Positions 36,348 to 45,658 are shown, counted from the stretch's first letter. The stretch is 64,000 bases of DNA from an uncultured Desulfobacterales bacterium (GCA_964647585.1 CAZYGG010000006.1:25831-89830); one strand, 5' to 3'. Translations and numbers: made by a program. The notes: generated from the sequence alone by a model not told the origin.

Positions 36348-37035
36348 ACCCCAGCGGATCTCAGATCAAGTCTTTGAACAGCTCAGGGAACTTATCTTCA
36401 GAGGTGAATTAAAACCCGGCGAAAAAATGATGCCGGAAAGAGAATTGGCCACGGCCCTGGACGTCAGCCGGACAACCGTGAGAGACGCGACCAATAAGCT
36501 GGTCGCCATGGGTTTGATCGAACAAAAACAGGGTCAGGGCACGTTTGTAAGCATGCCGGACAACCGGAGCACCAGCTTTCTGGCCCAAGCCATGAAGTCG
36601 CAAAATGCCACCCTGGAAGACCTGTTGGAAGTCCGCATGGGACTTGAGTGCAACACGGCGGCGCTGGCCGCCAGACGGGCTACTGAGAAAGACCTGCAGA
36701 TCATGCGGGCGCATATCGATGCAATGGATTCGGCTGTCAGCGCCGGGGGGCTGGGCTCCCAGGCCGATGTTGCCTTCCATATGTCCATTACGTATGCTTC
36801 CAAAAACCCTGTCCAGGTTTTCGTGATGAAGCGCTTTTATGATTTTCTGTTTCTGGGGATTAAAGAGAACCTGCAACGCCTGTATGAAAAACCGGAAAAC
36901 ATTGAATCGATTATGGCCCAGCATAAAAAGATCTTCGAAGCAATAAAATCAAGAAATCCGGAAAATGCGTTTGACGCCATGCAGTATCACATTCGATTCG
37001 TCATGGACTTTTTTCGAAATCGCAGCACCGCCTGA
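36322..37035 (+). CDS. GntR-family transcriptional regulator, FadR (FCD) subfamily; LldR/PdhR-like
   Basis: It has the winged-helix ERELATALDVSRTTVRDATNKLVAMGLI and an FCD-type helical C-terminus. Confidence 0.9.
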   Translation: MTVRLKPIKPQRISDQVFEQLRELIFRGELKPGEKMMPERELATALDVSRTTVRDATNKLVAMGLIEQKQGQGTFVSMPDNRSTSFLAQAMKSQNATLEDLLEVRMGLECNTAALAARRATEKDLQIMRAHIDAMDSAVSAGGLGSQADVAFHMSITYASKNPVQVFVMKRFYDFLFLGIKENLQRLYEKPENIESIMAQHKKIFEAIKSRNPENAFDAMQYHIRFVMDFFRNRSTA

Positions 37036-37075
37036 TATTAACCCCGCAAAAAAACAACCCGCGCAGCAGCCCGGC

Positions 37076-37366
37076 ATGGCTTCTTTTCGCATACCCGCTG
37101 ATGAAATTTCCAGGCGCATATCCACTTTTCAAAAATACCTGCGTACCCAGAAGCTGACCGCAGCCCTGCTTGTTCAGCGCATCGATCTGCTCTATTTCTC
37201 GGGTACGGCCCAGTCCGGCTGCCTCTATATTCCTGCCAGGGGAGAGCCCGATCTGTTCGTTAAGCGCTATCTGCCGCGGGCGGCGGCGGAATCGCCTGGA
37301 CTACCCATATTCCCCGGCCAGCGGCTCGGGGACCGCGGTGGCGTTTCCCTGCGGGGCCGGGCATAA
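37076..37366 (+). pseudogene. Remnant of an M24 Xaa-Pro aminopeptidase/creatinase-N-domain protein (N-terminal ~95 codons only)
   Basis: MASFRIPADEISRRISTFQKYLRTQKLTAALLVQRIDLLYFSGTAQSG... is the typical creatinase/prolidase N-terminal domain. The ORF stops after 96 aa and no catalytic domain follows. Confidence 0.45.
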
Positions 37367-37706
37367 AAAACTACTGGTTTTCTATTTAGCCTTGATCCTG
37401 ATGGGTGCCTGTTAGCAGACCGAATAGATCGCACAGCAAAAAAGAGAAATTACGGGAGCAGAGAAGGAAAAGGACAAAGACCGTACTGGAGAATACCCCG
37501 GCAAAAAATGTGTCCCATTTGCGTTGGAGTGGTGTTTCTTGTTGACAGGAACCTTTTAATAGGTGCCAATATCACAAATCTGTTAAAACTGCATGTATGT
37601 TTAGGACATCTTAACCGCGAACTATTGCCAAAAGTGCTTAGTTTACCCGGAGCTTTTTCAACCGGGGAATGCGTTTGGCATTTTTTTATGAACGGAAAGT
37701 GCGCTC

Positions 37707-38117
37707 CTATATTTCCTTGAAAACCTTGGCGAGCGATTCCCCCGCCACGTGGATTTTCCATTCATTGAGGTAGCCGAACGGGGTTGTCTCAACGGTATAA
37801 CCGGTATTTTCCAGGCGGTCGATCACTTCCGCGACCAGTTCAGCGGTGAATTCCGGGGGCGCCTTGCTGGTGGAGAGATGGCCGAAGGAGTGCAGTACCA
37901 CGGTTTTGGTGCCGAACTTACCCGCCAGCCACTTGATGTTTTTTAGAGCCTTGGTCAGTACCTTCTTGCGGCGTTCCACATCCTCGGCCTCGCCGTGGTA
38001 AAAAACGATCACTGCATTTACCACCTCTTTTTCATCATGGTAGTCGGGGACATCTGCAAGGGTCTTTTCAAACGGTTTGAACCAGAAGGAGGGAGCGTAG
38101 AACATTAAGAGCTTCAA
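37707..38117 (-). CDS. Free-standing archaeal-type threonyl-tRNA synthetase editing domain (tRNA-Thr_ED / DTD-like fold) homolog
   Basis: 136 aa. MKLLMFYAPSFWFKP..., VVLHSFGHLSTSKAPPEF and TPFGYLNEWKIHVAG align with my recollection of the Pyrococcus ThrRS N-terminal editing domain (LLIHSDYIEYEV, VFVYPFAHLSS, APFGYYKAFKISCKG). TTG start with a GAGG RBS. Confidence 0.6.
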   Translation of the reverse strand: MKLLMFYAPSFWFKPFEKTLADVPDYHDEKEVVNAVIVFYHGEAEDVERRKKVLTKALKNIKWLAGKFGTKTVVLHSFGHLSTSKAPPEFTAELVAEVIDRLENTGYTVETTPFGYLNEWKIHVAGESLAKVFKEI

Positions 38118-38186
38118 GTAGTACCTCGCGAAGGATTTTATGTTGGTTATAGCGTTTTACGAAAAGATGTTCCGCTTGATTGATCC

Positions 38187-38278
38187 TGTCATTCTGAGGA
38201 GTGAAACGACGAAGAATCCCTTTCAATAAAAGATAAGCTTGGCATGAGGGAGACTCTTCGCTCCGCTCAGAGTGACAT
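38187..38278. repeat. Imperfect ~32-bp inverted repeat (TGTCATTCTGAGGAGTGAAACGACGAAGAATCCC ... GGGAGACTCTTCGCTCCGCTCAGAGTGACAT)
   Basis: The arms are at 38187..38220 and 38248..38278 in the gap between the ThrRS-ED-like gene start and the RND gene stop. Confidence 0.5.
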
Positions 38279-38295
38279 ACATGGCTGGACGCTAT

Positions 38296-41200
38296 TTATA
38301 CCGGCTCCTTACGGCTCTTTTCAAAGCCTATGAAAAAGGCCAAAAGCGACGGGATGATGAACAGGGTGAAGACTGTGGACAGGGCCAGGCCCCCCAGGAT
38401 AACGCTGCCCAGGCCCCGGTAGAGTTCGCTGCCGGCTCCCGTGGAGAGCACCAGGGGCAGCATGCCGAACAGGCTGGTGGTGGTGCTCATGAAGATCGGC
38501 CGGATGCGCGTTCTCACCGATTCCAAGACCGCCTCTACACCTACAAAGCCCAGGTAGCGGACATTGTTGAGCGCCTGGTGCACGATCAAAATGGCGTTAT
38601 TCACCACGGTTCCCACCAGGATGATGAATCCCAGCATAGTGACAATGTCCAGAGGCTGGGGCGCGATGAGCCAGTCCACCAGCCGCAGGCCGATCAAGCC
38701 GCCGGCGCCGGCCAGGGGGACGCTGAACATGATGATCAGTGGATAAAAGAAGTTCTCGAACAACGCCGACATGAGCAGGTAGATAATGACGGCCGCCAGG
38801 ATCAGGTTCCACTGGATAGCGGCAATGGCCGAACTGAGTTTGTCGGCATTGCCGCCAACGCTGACGGTCGTGTTGGGCAGTTTACCCGCGCTGCGCAACG
38901 GGTCGACTATGTCGGTAGTAATAGTTTCCAGGGCCGCCTGGAGCGGTATCGAATGCGGCGGGGTAACCTGCAAGGTGATGTTGCGTTTGCGTTCCAGGTG
39001 ATTGATCTGCACCATGCCCTGGCCGTAGGCCAGGTCGGCGACGTCGCGAATCCTGATCAGGCGGCCGTTCCCATTGGCAATCAGGCTGTCGGCAATATCT
39101 TCGGGGGTTTTGATACCGCCGGCACTGCTGCGCAGGACCAGGTCGATTTTCTTCTCCTGTTCCGGCTTGAACTCGCCGATTTTGCGGCCATCCATCAGGA
39201 CATCCACATAGAGGCCGAGATCTTCTTCGGTCATGCCATTGGCAAGCACCCGGCTGCGGTCGGGGATAAAATTCGCTTCAGGGTAGCTGTTTTCTATGGA
39301 CGGTACCGGGCGGACCTGGGCCTCGGGCATTTTTTGGCGCAGGGCCCCGAAGAGGGTGCGGGAGGCATTGATGATTGCGTCGATTTCATCGCCGGCGATG
39401 TTGACTTCCACAGTGCGACCGCGTCCCAGGCCGGTCTGGAAAATACCGGCCTGGATACTGACGCCGAAGACACCGGGGATACTGTTCATCACCCGGTTGA
39501 GCATGGGCATCATCCGGGGGGCTTCGGTTTCATGCTTACCGATAGCCCCGAAAAGAGAAATCCGGTCGGCCGAAACATAGAAAATATTCTTGATTTGCGG
39601 GACGCCGTCTTTACCATCTTCTTTGAAGTAGGGGCGGGTTGCCTTGAAGATATGGTGCCCGATGGCTTCGCGTTTGGCCAGCGAATAACCCGGTGGTGGA
39701 ATCATGATATTCAGTATCAGGTTGCGGTTGCCCTGGGGCAGGTACTCGGCCTTGGGCATCAGGGTTGCCACGGTGATAACGGCTGCCCCGGTGAGAACCG
39801 TCACCGTTATGATGCGGGTGTACCACCGGCTGATGGACAAGGCTGAAAGTGCGAACAGCCCCCGCGACAGCAGTGTGCCGAAGCGCCCGACCAGGCCATT
39901 TTTCTTTTTTTTCTTCTTTCCGGCCAGCCGGTAGAACTGGTTGGTGATGCTGGGAATGGCGCTCACCGATACAATCAGGCTGATCATGATAGCGAAAGTG
40001 ATGGCAATGGCGATGTCCTTAAAAAGCTGGCCGGCTTCTTCTTCGATGAAGATAACCGGCAGAAACACAGCCACGGTCGTGGCCGTGGAGGCGAAGACCG
40101 CGCCCCAGACCTCCCTGGCACCATCATAGGAAGCTTCAAAAGGCCCTTTACCCATCTGGCGATGACGGTCGATGTTTTCTAATACGACGATGGCGTTGTC
40201 CACCAGCATGCCCACCGCGAAAGAGATCCCGGCCAGGCTGACCACATTCAGGCTGCGCCCCATTCCCCACATGAAGATGAACGTGCCGATGATCGAAATA
40301 GGGATAGCCACTGCCGTGGTTAGCGTTGAGCTGATGCTGCGTAAAAAGATGAACAGGACTGTCAGGGCCAGCAGGCCGCCGATGACCACGTTGCGTTTCA
40401 CCAGGCCGATGGCATTGTTGATATAGGGTGTCTGTTCATATACAATTTTGATGTGCAGGTTTTGGGCTTTGAGTATATCGCGGTTGACATACTCAATCGC
40501 GGCTTTCATACGGCGGGTCAACTCGATGACGTTGGCACCCTGTTCCTTGCGGACGCCTATAACGATGACCGGCGTATCGTTATGCATGACGGACACATCG
40601 TTGACGGCATAGCCGATACGGGTGTCGGCGATCTGCTCCAGGCGCACCCGGTGGATCCCATCATCGGCCATGAGGATATCCAGCGGATCACCGGTTTTTT
40701 GGAACTGCCCGGTGGTGCGAATGCGGTAGTTTTTCTTGGCCAGCCCCAGGACCCCCGCGGAAACGTTAACATTGGCGGTTTGCAGCCGGTCGACCACCTG
40801 GCCGATGGATAAATTGTAGTGTCCCAGTCGCTCGGGATCGATGACGACCTCAAGCTGGCGGGCCGATCCGCCGAAAACAAAAAGACTGCCGACACCCGGC
40901 ACCCGGTCAATATGCTGTCGGACATCATTCTCGAAAAAGGTCCTGAAGGTGTTGATTCTGGCAGGGTCCCCTGAATCGGTTTTCATGACCATCCAGATGA
41001 CGGGACTGCTTTGGGCGCCGGAAGCTTCAATAACCGGTTTCTGGACATTTTCCGGGTACTGGCGCACCTCATTGAGTTTGTTGGAAACCGCCAGGAGGGC
41101 TGCATCCAGATCGGTGCCGACCTCAAAGGTCAGGGTCACTTCCGCCCGGCTGTTATAGCTCGAGCTCTCCATCAGGGTGAGTCGCTGAATACCCTTGAGA

Positions 41201-41409
41201 ACGCCTTCCTGTTCTTCGACGATATCTTTTTCAACTTCATAGGGGGTGGCCCCCGGCCAGATTGTATTCACTGTAATCTGGGGCCGTTCAACATCAGGCG
41301 TGAGCTGGACCGACAGTCGGTTGATGCCGATCAGGCCGAACAGGAGAAGCAGGATAATGCCCACGGCCACGGAGACGGGCTTATTGATGGCGAATTTGAT
41401 GAAGTTCAT
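38296..41409 (-). CDS. RND efflux transporter, inner-membrane permease (AcrB/HAE family)
   Basis: 1037 aa with the N-terminus MNFIKFAINKPVSVAVGIILLLLFG, 12 TM segments and two large periplasmic loops. Confidence 0.95.
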   Translation of the reverse strand: MNFIKFAINKPVSVAVGIILLLLFGLIGINRLSVQLTPDVERPQITVNTIWPGATPYEVEKDIVEEQEGVLKGIQRLTLMESSSYNSRAEVTLTFEVGTDLDAALLAVSNKLNEVRQYPENVQKPVIEASGAQSSPVIWMVMKTDSGDPARINTFRTFFENDVRQHIDRVPGVGSLFVFGGSARQLEVVIDPERLGHYNLSIGQVVDRLQTANVNVSAGVLGLAKKNYRIRTTGQFQKTGDPLDILMADDGIHRVRLEQIADTRIGYAVNDVSVMHNDTPVIVIGVRKEQGANVIELTRRMKAAIEYVNRDILKAQNLHIKIVYEQTPYINNAIGLVKRNVVIGGLLALTVLFIFLRSISSTLTTAVAIPISIIGTFIFMWGMGRSLNVVSLAGISFAVGMLVDNAIVVLENIDRHRQMGKGPFEASYDGAREVWGAVFASTATTVAVFLPVIFIEEEAGQLFKDIAIAITFAIMISLIVSVSAIPSITNQFYRLAGKKKKKKNGLVGRFGTLLSRGLFALSALSISRWYTRIITVTVLTGAAVITVATLMPKAEYLPQGNRNLILNIMIPPPGYSLAKREAIGHHIFKATRPYFKEDGKDGVPQIKNIFYVSADRISLFGAIGKHETEAPRMMPMLNRVMNSIPGVFGVSIQAGIFQTGLGRGRTVEVNIAGDEIDAIINASRTLFGALRQKMPEAQVRPVPSIENSYPEANFIPDRSRVLANGMTEEDLGLYVDVLMDGRKIGEFKPEQEKKIDLVLRSSAGGIKTPEDIADSLIANGNGRLIRIRDVADLAYGQGMVQINHLERKRNITLQVTPPHSIPLQAALETITTDIVDPLRSAGKLPNTTVSVGGNADKLSSAIAAIQWNLILAAVIIYLLMSALFENFFYPLIIMFSVPLAGAGGLIGLRLVDWLIAPQPLDIVTMLGFIILVGTVVNNAILIVHQALNNVRYLGFVGVEAVLESVRTRIRPIFMSTTTSLFGMLPLVLSTGAGSELYRGLGSVILGGLALSTVFTLFIIPSLLAFFIGFEKSRKEPV

Positions 41410-41498
41410 AGGCTCGCTTATTCAGTTTTGAAGACCTGGTCTTCAGGGGTCAGGTCAGAGATATTTGGCTAAACCGGCGCTTATATAAGCAGGTTGTT

Positions 41499-41641
41499 TA
41501 GACTGTAGGCTGAAGACTGTTAGGCAAACCATTTTACCCGGACATATCAAAACAATCTTTTCATAGTTAGTTCCTACTCCGCGACGCTTCATAAATGAGG
41601 TTAACAAGGGTTTTTCCTACAGCCTAAAGGCCTACAGTCTA
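41499..41641. repeat. Long imperfect hairpin repeat of the TAGACTGTAGGC / CCTACAGCCTA family, inside the adaptor-RND intergenic gap
   Basis: Left arm is TAGACTGTAGGCTGAAGACTGTTAGGCAAACC and right arm is GGTTTTTCCTACAGCCTAAAGGCCTACAGTCTA, separated by 78 nt. Confidence 0.55.
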
Positions 41642-41666
41642 TCAGCCTGAATCCGGCCAGGATTCT

Positions 41667-42713
41667 TTACTCCGTCTTCACAACCGTCACGGCCTGGTCC
41701 GGCCGCAGGCGCTCATTTCCATCCACGACGATGGGCATGCCCGGAACGATATACGGGTTATCGACGCCCAGGTATTCGCCGTCTACGGCAACAATATTGA
41801 TCGGCAGAATATTAGCCTTACCCTCTTTCACCGTGTAGACAAATTCCTTGCCCTGGTGACGGACCAGCGCGTCCCTCGGGACCATTTTCAAATTGGTCTT
41901 TGCGCTGACCGGGACATCTGCCCGGGCCGACATATTCTGGATGACCCCCTTGAAATAGGGAATCGCGATGCTGATTTTGAAAGTTTTCGATTTGGGATCC
42001 GCCACGGGGATGCGGTTGGTCAGTCTGCCGGTCAATTGCCGGGCCAGGGGCGTCAGGGTGAGCGAGAGTTCCAGGCCGGGCTGGACAAACGCAGCCAGTT
42101 TTTCGTCCACGGCGACCCGGACCACCAGGTCATTGATGGACCCCAGTAGGCAGACCGCTACGCCCGGGGAAATCCACTCCCCCTGGGATTTGTATTTCGC
42201 CAGAACCAACCCGTCGAAGGGTGCGCGCAGGGTGCTTTTGGCCAGTTCCAGTTCTTTTTTAGCCAGTTTGACGCGCAGGCTTTCCCGCTGGGTAAAAAGC
42301 TCCTGGAGGCTGAAGCCAAGGTCGTCAAATTCTTTTTCCGTGGCGATATTATCACTACGCAGGGTTTTGAGGCGCTGCAGGTTCTTTTCAGTTTTCTGTA
42401 TCGTGATATTTTTTTGAGCGATTTCCTGGTTGATAATGGCGATGTCCTTGCGCAGGAAATCGGTGTTCAGTTGCACCAGGACCGCCCCTTTCTTGACCAC
42501 AACCCCTTCCTCGATGGATTGACTGGCGATCAGTCCGCTGATTTCAGGTGAGAGACCGGCCGTCTTATTAAAATCGACAACCCCCACCATGGGGCGGGTC
42601 GGGGCCAACTCCTTGGCGAATACTTTCGTAGTGACCACTTTGGCGGGCGGCTGCTGGGCAAATGCGGACCCGCAAAACAGGACCGTTAACAACAGGCTGG
42701 CGAGTATTCTCAT
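41667..42713 (-). CDS. RND efflux periplasmic adaptor (membrane fusion protein, HlyD_D23 type)
   Basis: It has a signal peptide (MRILASLLLTVLFCGSAFA), a coiled-coil hairpin region and beta-barrel C-terminal domains. I chose the start at 42713 (AAGG RBS); the tracked ORF begins at 42785. Confidence 0.85.
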   Translation of the reverse strand: MRILASLLLTVLFCGSAFAQQPPAKVVTTKVFAKELAPTRPMVGVVDFNKTAGLSPEISGLIASQSIEEGVVVKKGAVLVQLNTDFLRKDIAIINQEIAQKNITIQKTEKNLQRLKTLRSDNIATEKEFDDLGFSLQELFTQRESLRVKLAKKELELAKSTLRAPFDGLVLAKYKSQGEWISPGVAVCLLGSINDLVVRVAVDEKLAAFVQPGLELSLTLTPLARQLTGRLTNRIPVADPKSKTFKISIAIPYFKGVIQNMSARADVPVSAKTNLKMVPRDALVRHQGKEFVYTVKEGKANILPINIVAVDGEYLGVDNPYIVPGMPIVVDGNERLRPDQAVTVVKTE

Positions 42714-42823
42714 AATCAGACCTTTCAATACAAGTGCTCTTAAGGCAACGATACAGGAATATTGTAGCAGGTAGCGTTTACCCATTTGAGTATCATCAAA
42801 TTGAAAATATTTAAAGGGGGTTC

Positions 42824-43588
42824 TTAGTCTTCATTAAATCCGGAGCGTTCCATTTTTGCGGCCATGGCGTCACAGTGGGACCCCCGCCAGTATATGCGGT
42901 CGCAGTCCGGACAGGTTTTAAATGTGTTGAAATACTTTTTCGTTTTTGGTTCCAGCCGGTGGAGGATGGCCTCTTTCGCCACCGGCTCCAGTATCCGGTT
43001 GCACCGCAGGCAGCGGGTAAAAAGCCGGTAGGGGCCGGCCAATCCAAAAAAATGCAGGGTTTCAGTGAGCTGGTCTTCGGGCAGCACCGCCCGGACAAGC
43101 CGGCCGAAGACAATTTTGCTTCTTTTTAACAGGGCCCGGTCTTTTGTCAGGACCACCCGGTTTTCGCCGTGGGCAAGTTCGGCTATGTCCCGGTCATCCA
43201 GACTGTTGCCGTAAGCGGTATCGAACCCGGTCAACCGTAGAAGTGCGGCCAGCCGGCCCACGTTGACATCCACAATGAACCTGACGGTCGGTAGCGGCGC
43301 GGGCCTGAGTTTTGAAGGCCGGGTAACATCGAAAGGCGGGGTAATTTCTGAAACCTGGATTTGCTGCCCCGGTTCAGGAATGAAACCAAAATCCGTCTCC
43401 CGGCCGCCTGATCGGATAGCGCCGATTTCAGTATGGGGGATGCCCAGCGATTCCACGGTATCCTTGATCGACGCCCGCCGCTCAAGCCGGTATTCGAGGG
43501 CCTCGCCCTTCAATCCATGTCGCAAAAGGTCCTGGAGACCCTTGGAGACCCTTATTGTAATGATACGCTTTTCAACCCTGTTTTCCAT
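42824..43588 (-). CDS. Mut7-C RNase (PIN-like, DUF82) with N-terminal ubiquitin-like domain and C-terminal zinc ribbon
   Basis: Contains FIVDVNVGRLAALLRLTGFD, VVLTKDRALLK and CLRCN...CPDCDRIYWRGSH. The N-terminal ~90 aa are beta-grasp-like. Confidence 0.75.
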   Translation of the reverse strand: MENRVEKRIITIRVSKGLQDLLRHGLKGEALEYRLERRASIKDTVESLGIPHTEIGAIRSGGRETDFGFIPEPGQQIQVSEITPPFDVTRPSKLRPAPLPTVRFIVDVNVGRLAALLRLTGFDTAYGNSLDDRDIAELAHGENRVVLTKDRALLKRSKIVFGRLVRAVLPEDQLTETLHFFGLAGPYRLFTRCLRCNRILEPVAKEAILHRLEPKTKKYFNTFKTCPDCDRIYWRGSHCDAMAAKMERSGFNED

Positions 43589-43690
43589 GTTCAGTGCCAA
43601 CCTCCGATAAAGCGGTACGCCAAACTTTAAGAACCGGGTTTTGAAAATCAGGCCAGAGGTTTCAGCCAAGCTTTACAACTTTTACAACAA

Positions 43691-44752
43691 CTATAAATTG
43701 TAGGTGCCGCTAAAAAAGGGTCGCGCAAGTGCTGCCGTCTCCTCCGGTGCGTTAAACGTGGCCATGTCCCCCAGCATCACTTCATACCCGGTATGGTCGT
43801 TCCGGACCCAGGGGGCATAGTTGGAGCGGGCCAGGATTCTGACACGCAGTTCCAGTTTGCTGTCTTTGGTTTCAACTGCCAACAGGCCCAGATTGTACCC
43901 GTTGCGGTTAAGGCTGCGGTAGAATGCCTGGGTGTTGAGAACTCCCTGCGAAAGGCTTTCCCAGTGGCTGTCGTCCAGATCAAAAAGGGAATAGACGTCC
44001 GGCAGGATTCCCCAGATTTCAAAGAACCCTTCCGGGGCAAAGGCCGCCAGCCAATGCCAGTCACCGGTCTGGTCGATCCCCCGGGAGTTCTCTTTGCGTT
44101 CATGGGCCAGGTAATCGGAAAAAAGACCGTGGCCGGTCCGGGTATGATACGCGGCCGTGCGGTGTTCCAGAAACCGGATATTGTTGGGCGGCTGCCGGTC
44201 CGCATGGACCTGGAGGTGCGGGTGCACCAGGGAGCCGCCGGCCGAGGGCAGGTGGTTCTGGGTGATGGCCATATAAACCGCTGCGGGATCGGAGGCGAAT
44301 ACCTTTTCCAGGTAGCGGCGGCAGTTGATAAAACTGTCCACATAGGACGGCAGAGAGGCTTTCCCGATTTCCACGAAGTGACGGTTGTCAAAGAGGCTTA
44401 CCGCCGAGTAGCGTCCATAGGGAAAGAGGTTGGGAAAGAGTACGGACGCCCCCTGTTCAAGCCGGGCTGACTTTGAAAGGTCCCCAGCTAGGGACGGTGT
44501 CCGGCGGGACAGCTGGGGGCGACAGAAAGGGCAGGTATCCCGGTCTTTGGCAGCCGGCGGCGGCTCGGGCAGGGCGGCTGTCCCGGATTCCTTTTCCGCC
44601 GCCCGGGCAAAGGTGACCCGGCACGTTCTGCCGGTCACCGGATCAAAGCGGATCTCCACCGGTTTTTCTACCGGGGTGCCGTCGGGGGCCACGATTTTCG
44701 AGGTCAGGGTTTGCACCTCGAATACGAGTCCGCTTTCGGATATATGCTCCAT
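43691..44752 (-). CDS. GalT-like (galactose-1-phosphate uridylyltransferase / HIT-superfamily) nucleotidyltransferase or nucleoside-diphosphate-sugar phosphorylase
   Basis: It has a CPFC zinc knuckle, FPNLFPY and GGSLVHPHLQV (the HxHxQ catalytic motif). GGAGG lies 4 nt upstream of the ATG at 44752. Confidence 0.7.
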   Translation of the reverse strand: MEHISESGLVFEVQTLTSKIVAPDGTPVEKPVEIRFDPVTGRTCRVTFARAAEKESGTAALPEPPPAAKDRDTCPFCRPQLSRRTPSLAGDLSKSARLEQGASVLFPNLFPYGRYSAVSLFDNRHFVEIGKASLPSYVDSFINCRRYLEKVFASDPAAVYMAITQNHLPSAGGSLVHPHLQVHADRQPPNNIRFLEHRTAAYHTRTGHGLFSDYLAHERKENSRGIDQTGDWHWLAAFAPEGFFEIWGILPDVYSLFDLDDSHWESLSQGVLNTQAFYRSLNRNGYNLGLLAVETKDSKLELRVRILARSNYAPWVRNDHTGYEVMLGDMATFNAPEETAALARPFFSGTYNL

Positions 44753-44798
44753 TTTTGCCTCCACTTAAGTTTACCGCGCAGGTCTTTTACTTTGAGTA

Positions 44799-45632
44799 TT
44801 ATTTTAAAAAGGAACGAATGGCCTGCCGGGTTGTTGCCCGGCTTTTTGAATCTGACAGGAAATGATCACTGTTTATAGCGTGGAACATTACCGGCGAACA
44901 AACCCTTGTGATGCAATCCAGGCTGGTTTTTCTCAAGAGGCCGCCGCCGAGATTCAATATCGGGTCCCGGCGTCCATAAACGCAAAGGGCCGGGGTCTGC
45001 TGCAGGGAAAAGTCTAAATGACTGTTCGCCGCGAGCCATTCAAAGAGAATTTTGAGAACCCGGGCTCGCTTCCGGCTGAGCGTGCCGAAACCTGCCAGGC
45101 CCCGGGTGATGCCGGGAAACAGGGTTTCCAGGTAGCTGTCGATTGATTTTTGCAGGCTCAGCAGCGGCCTTTGTAAATCGAACCCGGTTTTACAATAGGT
45201 GTAAAGCGAGCGCAGGAATGTCCCCTGGTAAAGGGCGGTCAACGGATTGATCAGGACAATCTTTTTAAATGGCTCGCCGGATGTCAGGGCGCCGTAAAGC
45301 ATGGGGATGGTGGCATAGCAGGCCGCAATCCCGTAAAGGGGCAGGCCGCTGTTATCCGCCCGGTTCGCGGCCAAAGAGAGCATCCGGCGGGTATCCCTGA
45401 CCGGGGCTGCCAGTGAAAATTTGCCTGATGAACCCCCGTGACCCGTGTAATTGAAAGAAAAGAGGTCCAGGTTGTCTTTAAGCAGCCACCGGAAGGCGCC
45501 CAGCTGCTGGGCGGGGCCCCCGCCGATGAGCGGGGGGATGAAAACCAGACCCTTTGGCGCGGGCAGCCGGGTTTGAACCCATTGGAGGCCGCCCCGGTAG
45601 TCCTGGGCTTTGGTTTTTAGCAGTAGATCCAA
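44799..45632 (-). CDS. Alpha/beta-hydrolase-fold protein (atypical nucleophile elbow)
   Basis: It shows GLVFIPPLIGGG (oxyanion region) and HGGSSG. The elbow position reads YGIAACYA (Cys, not GxSxG), and a His occurs near the C-terminus (SDHF). Confidence 0.5.
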   Translation of the reverse strand: MDLLLKTKAQDYRGGLQWVQTRLPAPKGLVFIPPLIGGGPAQQLGAFRWLLKDNLDLFSFNYTGHGGSSGKFSLAAPVRDTRRMLSLAANRADNSGLPLYGIAACYATIPMLYGALTSGEPFKKIVLINPLTALYQGTFLRSLYTYCKTGFDLQRPLLSLQKSIDSYLETLFPGITRGLAGFGTLSRKRARVLKILFEWLAANSHLDFSLQQTPALCVYGRRDPILNLGGGLLRKTSLDCITRVCSPVMFHAINSDHFLSDSKSRATTRQAIRSFLK

Positions 45633-45658
45633 GTGAACGCAGACCCCTCACAAAGGTG

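Noticed and set aside
38272-39846. A 524-aa plus-strand ORF, and several other long ORFs antisense to strong genes (for example 47474..48214, 21466..22152, 28175..28966, 16751..17380, 17429..17986, 55653..56369, 50599..51432, 43793..44470).
   Set aside because: Each lies entirely inside a well-supported gene on the opposite strand (RND pump, ybdL, CoA-transferase, DctM, activase and others). Their translations are Gly/Arg/Pro/His-rich low-complexity sequence typical of antisense frames in GC-rich DNA. None has a recognisable motif or RBS.
39895-39925. T/A homopolymer runs encoding Lys tracts (the RND pump's KKKKKKNG at ~39900..39920, the LutB-A C-terminal KKKKK at 30585..30600, and mtgA's KKKKKNG at ~57520..57540), considered as slippage or frameshift sites.
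   Set aside because: All three ORFs read through intact in a single frame. There is no alternative-frame continuation as at the G10 tract.
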